A stretch of DNA of 62,238 nucleotides, filler included, from Bipalium vagum (lineage: Eukaryota), in NCBI GenBank assembly GCA_037834085.1. It is 3 parts of 3 records of this genome, joined end to end, with 100 filler letters (N's around TTAATTAATTAA, not from the genome) between each part and the next. Parts side by side here need not be neighbours in the genome. Positions count along the whole stretch, not along the records: positions 1 to 19,125 come from JBBMKC010009858.1; 2 more parts are not named here. One strand, written 5' to 3'. This document shows, one piece after another, positions 1 through 11,100 of the stretch (position 1 is its first letter; the number at the start of each line of letters is the position of its first letter). The position numbers were made by a program, and so were the translations under genes. The notes beneath the pieces were generated by a model, which was given only the letters and a program-made list of their open reading frames with translations, did not search any database and had not been told where the DNA came from.

Positions 1-30
1 AAAATATCAATCAAATCCGATATCACCTTT

Positions 31-1034
31 TGTTATTAATCAAGTCAATTTATTATATTTAAATACAAGTATTAAAATGAACATTTTTCTCTTAGTTAAT
101 TTAATTTTAATCGAACACAACTTAAAGCAACCTTCGACCGTTAAGTCCTAAGAGTTAATCAAACTCCAACATTAGCACCTTTTCTCTTAACATCCTAATC
201 TTAGGTAAACTTAACAAATCAAACAACTACAAACAACACTTTATTACTAAAATAACAAACGCAGTGAATCAAATAATAAAAAAATGTCTTCAATCAAATG
301 TTACAATCGTCAATCACACTAAAAATCAAATGTAGTGAATAATAATCAATTAAATTAAAATCCAATAATTAAATATCAATATCAATTAAATATCAGTAAA
401 GATTAACTATCAATTAATTTAAAAAGAAAAAACAACAAAATCACGATATTCTCACTACTTGTGACGACAGATCCAAAGGGTGATTTGCTGAGCCCAATCC
501 GGTCCGCTCAGAAACACCCTAACAGAGCAGGACAAGTCGTGAGCTCCTGTTGCATAGAGGGCATAAATATGAATTTACAATTTGGAATCCTTGAAAATCT
601 TCGGACAACAGCAACAAATTTTGGGTCTTCCGACAAAATTAAACCAAATGTTCTTGGTCTCTCTTCTGACAAAAAAAAATCAAAAATAATAGTTCTCGAT
701 CTCTCTTCTGTGGCAATCCACTGCGGATTCCAACTCCTCATATACCATTCTGATCAGATGACTAATCAGTCGTAGATCAGCTTTTTAAATGGGGAATGCA
801 AATTCCCTTTTTAGCTCGTTAATTCTAAATTGGTCGCTCCTTGCGGATCCTGATCTAATCTTGGCAATTTAGGTTTTTATGTCTTAATGTACTCTTTAAT
901 TAATTAATTAATTACAATTTATTATTTTTTTAAAATTTATTATTATTATTATTATTTTATTTCTGACCCTTTTGCAGTCTCTAGCATATGTTTTTACAAG
1001 GGTTTACAATGACGTGTCCTTGGCTAACTTAACA
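31..1034 (-). mobile_element. LTR (~1 kb) of a Gypsy-type family, probably the 5' LTR of an element extending off the left edge
   Basis: The minus strand starts TGTTAAGTTAGCCAAGGACAC and ends ...TAATAACA. It is collinear with 21740-22632 (shared TATATAAG/TATATGAG box, GGAATCCGCAGTGGATTGCCACAGAAG, GTCAGAAG repeats). It is followed by GGTGATATCGGATTTGATT, which resembles the Trp PBS at 42920. No TSD. Confidence 0.75.
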
Positions 1035-1220
1035 TATTTGAAAACAATTATGATATTCTTTTGTTTTTATTTGAAAGGTAAATTTGTTATATAAAGCTTC
1101 CCTTTATTGATAGTGAATTTATCGTTATTTATTTTTAAAATACAAAAAATTAATATTTTGTGATATAGTTATTATATTTTCATTTTATAAATATTTAATT
1201 TATCTTTGTATGATTCACTC

Positions 1221-1485
1221 TGTGAGAAAATTGAAATTTCAGAAAATCCCGGTATCTCCGATTAAATTTCAACTAACATGGCGACCACACCAGAACACCA
1301 ACCAGGTCTCGAAAGTGAAAAAGTAAAGTAATGGAATGGAAATTGAAGTAAAGAGACTCGGGGCGGTTAAGGGTATGGATGTGAGCTTTAAAGGAGGGGG
1401 ATGTAGCTCAGTGGTCAAAGCAGTCCATGTGCATGTGAAGGTCCCGGATTCGAATCCCGGAATCTCCGATTATTTTCAACTAACA
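1221..1485 (+). mobile_element. Miniature non-autonomous LTR retroelement (TRIM-like) with tRNA-derived LTRs
   Basis: CACTC TSD at 1216-1220 and 1486-1490. TG...CA ends. Direct repeat 1245-1278 vs 1453-1485 (31 of 34 nt match). PBS TGGCGACCACACCAG at 1279-1293, immediately after the 5' LTR. PPT AAAGGAGGGGGA at 1390-1401, immediately before TGTAGCTC. Confidence 0.8.
1397..1468 (+). pseudogene. tRNA-Ala-derived sequence (A box, degenerate B box) inside the 3' LTR; not a functional tRNA
   Basis: GGGGATGTAGCTCAGTGG...GCATGTGAAGGTCCCGGATTCGAATCCCGGAATCTCC closely follows eukaryotic tRNA-Ala. The anticodon stem does not pair. Confidence 0.75.
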
Positions 1486-1559
1486 CACTCCATTCATTAT
1501 ACTCAATGTATGATTTATTAAAAGAAAAATAAAATATTCGATTTCTAAATAATCATAAA

Positions 1560-3210
1560 TATCTTGTAAAGATTTTATTGTTATATTTTATAATTCAGGA
1601 TATACATTTTTAAATACAAAATTTTGTTTGAGTCAAAAATAGAAACATGTACTTCAACATATTCTATCATATATTTAAATATAAACAGGATTAAAGTACT
1701 TATAATTATATATTTTCATCATGTTATCGAAATTTTAGAGTTAAAATTAATTTTTCAATAAACAATATTTTTGATTTGTTTTTTCTGCAAAACCAACTTT
1801 GTTGGTTTTTCGTTGTTCACTCAGCAGCAATCCTGCTGATAATTACTTAATAATTCATCATTTACTTTAAATTTTTCAGGACAGGATGAGTAATATTTTG
1901 TTTTTTCATGTAATTCTGGAGAAAATCTTAATCCACTACGTAAATAAATCCAACAGGGTTGTTAATAGTTCTGTCATATCTTATGTCTTAACTGAAGACA
2001 AACTTCTTATTCCTTTTTCAATTAATAATAATTAATCATTGAAGCGTAATAGCAATAACAGGGATCAATATCATAATAATTCATACAAGTATTTCTAAAA
2101 TATTCAAAGAAATTTGTCAAGATTAAAGTATCTAATTTCAAATATTGTATCATATATTCTTTTAAATTTTCAAACTTTTTATAATCAGTAAAAAATTGTT
2201 CATATTTAATTTTATTATTTTTTGAATACATGAGAATTGAATTCAAATTATTTTTACTTTGAAATATTTGATTTGTTAATAATTGTTCAACTTCATCAAA
2301 ATCGTTTCCTTTTATATAATGATAAGGTAAAAATGTTTTTACAGGTTTTAAACTAAATAATTTCAAAGTTTCATATATATTTGATTTACATAATTTTTTC
2401 CCATTTCCTTTATTGATAATTGTATAATTCTAAATGAATCTAAAAATTTTATATTTCCAAATGAAAATAATATATATTCCTCATCTGTTTGTGGAATTAT
2501 TTTAAATTTTTCATTTGGATTTTTTTCTAATATATCTTTAAAATATAAATGAAAATCATACTTTGATCCATTATGAAAATAAAATAGTATGGAGAAGTCT
2601 TTTAATGATCTATCATTTAAATTACATGAATAATGTGCTGCTCCTCTATAATTTCCATTTAGATGATCGTGGTAATCAACTTTATTGTCTTTACTTTGTA
2701 AAGGCAGCTTCATTGTATCTATTAGTATTTTATAGAATATACACAAGTGATTGAATTAATAAAATTAATTTCACCTTTTTCATTCATAATTATTGATTTA
2801 TTTGAATATTTTATAATATGTTAAGTGTTGATTAAAATAAGCAAGTTCAATTATTATTTGATATCCAAATGTTTGTTGTTCAAAATATTTATTAATTATA
2901 ATTAGTTCTTTCTTAATATGAAATATATTAGTTTCAATAAATTTTTTAAAATAATTCTAACTTACTTTTTAAAAAATTTTAATTACTATAACTATATCTT
3001 TTATACATACTTTCAAATTTAGAATTTAGATTGTTTAATATGATTTCATTTACTACTTCTTTTGGTAATTCATTAAAAAATATTATTAAATGAATTATCT
3101 TCATGAAGTTTAGATATATGAAAAGTTAAAGCTTTTTAGTTTTGAAATGTTTAAAACATAACTCCCAATATAATTCTTTCATTTTGGATTTGTTTTTCTC
3201 GGTTTTGTTC
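1560..3210 (-). mobile_element. Polinton/Maverick-type protein-primed DNA polymerase B remnant (frameshifted)
   Basis: ORFs 2363-2746 and 2022-2366 carry YHDHLNGNYRGAAHYSCNL (endonuclease VII-like motif typical of these polBs), FHNGSKYDFH, KFLDSFR and YLKLDTLIL. Boundaries are approximate. Confidence 0.75.
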
Positions 3211-3437
3211 ATTTTTATTGTAATGTTTTTTATATATTTATTTTTCGATATATATTAATTCAATAAATGAATACAGATAATAAGATAAGTAGTGGGAAAA
3301 ACAATGATGAAACTCAAGACCTAAGATTTTAAATATAATTATATTTTATAGTTCCTAAAGTCTTTGAGTGAACGATAGGGAGCTAAATAAATAAGAATTA
3401 AAACAAATAAGAATAAAAGTAAAAAATAAAATCTTAC

Positions 3438-3493
3438 GATGCGTCATTTGAAAACGGAAGAGACAGGGGCATCGGAAACGGAGTCTGCAGCAT
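3438..3493 (-). CDS. Candidate isolated 56-nt exon (MLQTPFPMPLSLPFSNDAS) of an unidentified gene
   Basis: GC-richer island bounded on the minus strand by TTTCAG| (ATG follows directly) and |GTAAG. No partner exon found. Confidence 0.35.
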
Positions 3494-5108
3494 CTGAAAT
3501 AGTAATCATAAAAATAATAATCATAATAAAAGAAACAATAATAAAATAAAATATTATCTATGAATGATGAGACTGTAATTTTATAACAAATGCAAATAAG
3601 TGTATTAAGATAAAGTAACGTCCTGGAATAAGGCTTAATAATATAGCATTCAAAGACGTCTTATGATCCTTACCTTAATAAAATAATAATAATATAAAAT
3701 ATAAAAAAATTAATAAAATAAGATGAAATAAAAATTTAAAATTGAATAAAATAAATTATAATATTTTAAATTTTGAATATGACGTCAGTAAAAATAAATA
3801 ACGACAATAATGTCAATAGTATAAAAATAAATTGTCAAATAAAAAAGTCTAAGAAATAATATAAATAGAGCGACAAAAGTCATAATTTCGACGTTTACAA
3901 AATCTTCAAAAAATTAGTTTATAATAACTAATAGCAAAATTTGAAATTATTGAGTTTATTATAACTCTTAAATAGTGTAAGTAAATAATTAGATTCACAA
4001 AAATAATTAATTAAAAATTTTACAGAACTGGAATAATATTTCACGTTTTTGTTTTGTTCAACTTATTAATTTTTCCAGCTTCTTCTTTTTGCTTTAGTTT
4101 CCATCATTTACGGCCTGACAAATCAGTTGTTGGATTCCCTTTTTTTTCAGGGCGTCTGCACTCTCCCTAGTGCAGATTGAGTTCTTCTTTAAATTACAAA
4201 ATTGTCATTTCGATCATAAATTCTACTGTAAAAATCATATTCTGAACATTTTCATAAAAGTAAAATTTTTTAAAAGGTTTGAGTTACTTATTTAAAGAAT
4301 TTGACAATATTTAAAACCTTTTTTAATTGTGATTGGTACCTTCACAAATACAATTTAAGGAATCAGAAATATGACCCAACCATCTCAAAACCAATTACTA
4401 AATAATAAAATTAAAAAATAGAAATTTATTTTTAAAATAATTTTTAAGAGAATCCTTAAGCTGATTTTAATAGGGATTTTTGATATGAAAACAGATAAAA
4501 TCAAGGACTTTGTAAAATATATTTTGTAATTATATTTTATAAAATATTTTTAATAGCTGTTTCCTTCTTTTCATAAATAATATTAAATATAAATTAGTGA
4601 TTATATTCTTATATACAAACAATTGTAATAAGTATTTGTCATAAACAGTTGTAATTGTTATAAAAGATATAACTTAAAACAAATCTTTGGGAGCTTTCAT
4701 TCAAAATACAACAAAAATAATTATCTTCTTAAGACTGTGATTAACAAACCTAAACGTCTGCACAGTTTGTTGATTATATTTGTGTAACATGAGAATTTTA
4801 GGAATATATTTATGAACAATATTAATGTTAAATAGGTATCTTAAAATTGTGTATGAAAAGGTGACCAAATTTGCGAAAAACCAAAAAAATAACCAAACCA
4901 ATGAATTAAATAAAATAAAAAAATTTAATTGACATAAAAACTGTTATGACCAAACACATAAATATATTAAAACCAGTTGAAAATCCAATTAGAATTATTA
5001 TGAGTAAAATTAATATGTACACATCGACACAATTGGTCAAATATAACCAAAGTCTGCAGAAAAGCATCAATTGAGTAAATGATCAAAATGAAATGCCACA
5101 CAGTATCA

Positions 5109-8100
5109 TTATAACAATTTGTAAATGGAGATGCCGACCAGCGTTACGGTCAAGGAAAACATCTTGTGAACCACATTAACAAGATAAGATGCCTTAGACC
5201 TTTGATTGGAGATCATTTTCCCATTTGAATCATAATCCACAACTCTAGGAATCCAGATCTCATTGGGGATCTCTCCGGGATATTCGTGAGGCAACAGAAC
5301 TGAGAAATTGGTATTTTCCTTAATGAGAGAAACTGTGGTACCTAGAAAATGATTAACAGGTGACTTGGATTGGGATATCTGTGGCTTGTATGAGGTCGTT
5401 TCCTCATCGACCGATTGGCCACTTCCTTCTAGAATAGTCGATTCACGACCTTGATTAATTTCTTTCTCAGGCGCCTTGGGTTCAGTAACCGGTGCCAAAG
5501 TGGTTGTGGAAGTAGTGAAAACTGTCACGGGTTTTGTGGACTTTTCCCTATCGACAGAACCACTTCCCTGAAATCAAATTTAATCATATTTACTGAAACG
5601 ATTTCAGAGTCTGAAATCTAAAAAATCAAACAATCACAACAGTGGTCAGTTTAAGTTGATGTTTAAAACTAAGGTTGGTACAAAACAGATAATATAAAAT
5701 GCAGAACTTTATAACCAGCATGAACCTATTCACCTGAAAAGATATTACAGGCATTTGAGATCTTTAAAAAAGATAGTTAGGACACTTTGAGAACTAGATT
5801 ATGAAATTTGACATTACAATATTTTCCAGACTTAGTTGCGACAGATATTCATTGATTCAAACTAACTATCTAATTTATCACGTCTAAGATTTTTGAATTT
5901 AAAAGCCTCTAAGCTTTAAGCACGGTTAAAATGTTGTGAAAAGTATATTAAACTCGACGTAATTGGTTTTCAATAAATTATTTTTATCATTTCTATTTTT
6001 TAATTTGACAGAAAATTCAAAGAAAATCCCATTTATTTTACATGCACTAGCCTACAGTAAAATGGACGTGGAAGGAAAAGAAGTAGACAAATTTAATATC
6101 ATTTCATAAAAAATTGAGTACCATTGATAAATACTAAATGGTTAAAGTGGTTATTTCAACAATAATAGATAACATTTAGGACATAAGTGAAATTAGCCTA
6201 ATACTACACTCTTACTAAAATCTTGTCACTGGAAAAACAGATATTAACCAATGAAAATATCTAAGTATGTATGATTAAGTTTTCATATAACTGAAAATTC
6301 ATTTTTTGCTGCAGTCATTGTAAAATTATGAGTAATTTCGTAAATGCACTATTTCTCATCTGTCATTCGATATTTAAAGATATGAAAGTTACAAGGGAAG
6401 AATCTATTTCCTTATTGAAACATGTCGCCGAAATGATATATAGGCTAAAGAATGTCATCATTTCATCTGCAAAGCATGGGACAATGACTGTATACTTGAC
6501 GACAATTTTCCCCTGGTATTCATATTTCTAATCTGAACAATAAATTTCTTTTGAAGATAATGCCAGATAAGGACTCTTAGTCTTCTCATCATGACGAACT
6601 TGTGAAAATAGCGAATCAATGGATCATGATCTCCATATTACGATAGACAAATTTACTGAGCGTACTGATGCTTCTCTTGGCATGATCCAAGGTATTCAAA
6701 CTTCAAATGTCTTGCGATACCAGACTTGACAGCCGCCATTATTCTCATGTTGTCCACATTGTACTGCTTCTAAAATCAGATTCCTTAAAGAAAAAAAATT
6801 GCTGCATCAGTCACTCTATAGTCTTGACTTTAATATGCTTGATCTGTGGGTTATTGCTAAATTGAAATGGAATCCATGTCATTTTTCAAGCCGCATACGA
6901 AATGGAAAAATGTGTGATAGATGTTGCAAATTTTGAGAAAAAATGATTCTGAATTTTATAATAAAAATTTTATTGACTACTTCTGCATTCATCAATATAA
7001 AAAGATTCAAGCAAAACTAATTGTTTCCGAAACAGTGTAAGAAAACACCAGAATAATTACATTTAAGATATTACCAAGTTTTTTTTGCCGTAAATGAGAA
7101 ATTTTACCAAAAACCAGCTAGATAAATTTTCTGAATCTCAGTATCATGGAAAATGCCATTTTAAGGGTTGGAAAAACGCAATAAGCAAAGAAATCGATCA
7201 TGTGCCTCATGTAATATTGCTCTCTAGGATAACAGGGAGGTGAGCAAGAGTTATAAGGGGACGGTATTTCCTGTATGAAACATGTTGTGTTCGCAACTTA
7301 CAGCAGTCATAGCAACTCGTTTTGTGAAGAGCATCAAATCCATTATCATCAATAGTTTCAGAGAAATTATAAATGTCGTGAAAGATTGAGTTTATTAAAA
7401 GAAAAAAATTAAATATTTTAAACAAAATCTATTTGTGTTAAGTTTTCGTGTGATTAGAAAAAGAGAAGTTTTTTAAAAATATTTTTTCGATTTCACTGCT
7501 TTTAGAATTAAATTTTCGAAAAACTAATTGAAAATCTTTCCTAAAATATGAAAGAAAATAATTTAGTTTGGAAATTCTTAAAATAAAGCTTTATGAAAAA
7601 AATCTTGAATAAATTTTGAGTTTTTCGAGAAGAATTTTTTTAACCGAAGACATTTTTCAAATAACTTTTGAAAAGAAAAATTTTTGTCAAAGTCAGTTTT
7701 AATCGGTCCATTGCTGTTCTGAGATAATGAAATCATCATTGTGACCGTGATTCATGGTTACCATTGAAATTTTATTTGGAAAAAGGTAATTCCAATTACG
7801 TAATTCTACGCCTCGTTGTCTATAATAGATTTAGAAAAAGTGTTGTCTGAAAATGAATGTTCAATTTTTTAATCATTACCAATTTCGTGACACAAATGAA
7901 AAACCCAACCAACTGACAGTTGCTTTTCACGACAAATTTAAAGTTACCGGTCCAAGAAAAAATTAGTCAAATGTGCTAAATACGAACATGAAAATCATGG
8001 AATCTATTTCACATTCCTAAAAAACAGCACTCGGCTGATTCTCCACCTTTGGATGATTCTACCAAAATATAATATAAAAATATTTAAAAATGATTCTTCC

Positions 8101-11100
8101 CTTTGAAATTAATTTTTGTCTATCAAACAATACAACTAACGCCTGATTACGGATCCGGATGATATTTTCAATGTATAAACATAATATATAAAAGTAGAAG
8201 TTTGACAATTTGAAATAACCTTTAATCCATTACACTAATATCATTATTATTGTTCCCCTGATGAGAAATATTATTGATAGATAATCATCACACTACGGTT
8301 TTCCACCAGTTTTATATTATTATTAATAAAATTATGATTCGTTCTATAACCTACAAAAAATATAGAGAACAGTACATGTTTATAGAATGATCGATAAATG
8401 AGATGATATAAATAAACATAAATTAATAACAGATTTTTCCGTTGTATGTCACATCGAAACGGAAGTCCAGGACAACTAATAACTTAAATCAATTTCCTTC
8501 ATTTTTTGTTGATTTTTCAATTTAAATAAGTTAAGATCAATCGATAAGAAAAATGACAATACTAAACAGAATATTTTCCTCAAGAAATATTGTGGATCGA
8601 AATCTTTTTGCAATACATCATCCTGATGTATGAGACCTTAAAAATCCTATAATTCACAATTATATTTTTGGTGATATTTTTAGTTTGAAAAATAAAAAAG
8701 TAAATCATTATTTTTAAAATTATGCACGATAGTGTTATTCAGGCCAGTGATTCGAAAACGAAAAATTTCACTTCGGAGTGCTGCTGCTAAATAATAGAGA
8801 AATAAGGACGTCTTTACATAATAATAAGGAAACTTAAATAGAAAACAGTTGATTATTTTCTAATAATGGAATCAAATAAGGATAATATAAGACCTTTTAA
8901 TATAATTGAAGTTTTAGTGTTTAAAATTTTATTAAAATAATTATAATATAAAAAACGAATTGTTCTTTTAAACAAATAACTACCTCAATCACTGGCTTCT
9001 TTTCATTGGAAATGTCCTTAGTATTGGACCGCTCGTTTTCGTTTTGAATCGAAGTGAGATCTTCATCATCTGGGATGGTTGGTTTTCGAATAGGAGGCTG
9101 TTTAGGCGGCGAAGGATCTTGCTTTTTGGTAGGAAGTTCCGGAAAAGACGGAGTTTTTTTTCCAGTATTAATGTCAGTGGGTACATTTTTATTTCCACTT
9201 CCTTCAATGACCTCCGGTGGTTTTACTGTTACAATAACAGGTGGTACCTCTGGCTTGATTTTTGCATCTTCCTTTACATTTTCTGTATCAATGTTACCAC
9301 CACCACTGCCTTCGATATTCTTCTGCAATTTCCCATAAATTAATAATAGTGGACCGTTAAGATTACCTCTGATATTCGAAATGATCTTACTCGTGGAATA
9401 TCAGCTTTCCTTATTGGTTTCACGTTTTTCACTTTGTAAGCAACAGGATCTCTATTCTTATTATTTAGCAAATCGTTAATTGTTGTGGCAATTTTATTTA
9501 ATTTTGAAATTGAAGTTTTCACCAAAGGATCAATATTCATAGCTTTATTTTTTTTTACATCCTTGGATTCTCCATTCTTACTGGAACGAGTAATGATGTC
9601 AGCATGAACTTTTAATAATAAAACAATCTTTATTAATCTCATCTTCAAATAATCAAACGACCACTTGCAATATCACAATTCTTAATTCAAGCTAGCCTAC
9701 ATAGATCTTTTATGTATCTTATTTTCTTTTCTCATTTTGACGCCTCAACTTTGTTGTGAACAATTAATATTTTTGAGAGACATTTAAAAATAATTGTCTT
9801 AGGATTATACCCAAACCAGATATTATCCTAGAGACTCCGACAACCAAGTGGGCTGTGTAAAATAAATATAGAAAATCTAGACTTGTTTACATATTTTTTC
9901 CAATAGAAATATGATTTTTATCATTATTATTTCGTTTTTATAAGCTTGACACTTTTATGGACATCATCAACAGAAATCATATTATAAGACAAAAAACAGG
10001 AGTATCAATTTCACTGTTTCAAACCATCACTTCTATCATGACTTCAGAGTTGGTTTTTCCAGAACAAATATTTCTGGGTCATTTTTATTTTACTGATATT
10101 CCAGCGATATCGATAATAACCTAAAAGATTTTTTCATTTCCATTCAAATGGTTCTTGTCCACAAAAATATCAAAAATTAATTTTTAATAAAATTGCTTAA
10201 AGAAACAAAATTTGCAATTATCAATTTTAATCGATCGGTAAAATCATTAGAAACAATTTGGTAATTGATTCTTGAAAATAAGAAATTAATAAAATTTCTA
10301 AATATTGAAAATGGTCTTGAGATACTAATTGTACCCTTTCGTTCAAAAATGTAAGACTAAAATCAATTATCTAAATTCAAATATCTGTGAATATATAGAC
10401 GACAACATGTGAAAATAACATATTTGATTGACCATTCAAGTTTTATTATTATCATTTTTAATATAATAAATAAATTAAATTTCCTCTTTTTATTATTACC
10501 TTACTTCTTTTTATCATTAACAATATTATTTATTAAATAACTTTTAAAATTCGATATAGACTGAAATAAAGTCAAGGGAGCAATCTCTGGAGAAATAATA
10601 AAAATAAAGATGGATAATAAAGAAAAAATTATAAATGAGTTTGATTTTATTTTGGAAAAAGCATAACTTTACTTTAAAGTTTCTTTTGAACCATTCCAAC
10701 ATGGTTTTCCGGTTTTTGGTATATTAAGTTTACTGGAACAAATTTTATCAGCATATTTGTGAATAAATTGTATCATTTCTGGAATCTGAATATCAAAAAA
10801 TTCTGTTATTTTAAAAATTGTACCGATTTTGGTTTATTTAAGGAATAAAATATAAAAAATAAATTCCATAGATTTTCGTGAAAATAAATAAGTAATCTGA
10901 ACTATTTATACTTGGTGGCTTCGATCAGTTTTAGATGATGTAGAAACAGAACTATTGAGAGATAAAAGTAAAGAAATTTTTCAAAACTGAAAGATTAATG
11001 AAAATAATTTTTAAAAGATGAGACAAAGATAATGGAGAAATATTGAGATAGAATCTTTTATTTTGGCGGTTCATTCTGAGATCGACAGTCCGAGAACATG

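Noticed and set aside
461-775. ORFs 461-775, 508-741 and 22073-22378
   Set aside because: They lie inside LTRs, and the frame is not conserved between the homologous copies.
1397-1468. Functional tRNA-Ala genes at 1397 and 22658
   Set aside because: The anticodon stems do not pair, there is no U33-type loop, and both are embedded in a mobile element.
1336-1521. 61-aa ORF
   Set aside because: A chance frame across the tRNA-derived LTR.
8989-9343. Overlapping alternative-frame and antisense ORFs on the glypican stalk exon
   Set aside because: Shadows of a GC-richer coding exon with no recognisable product.
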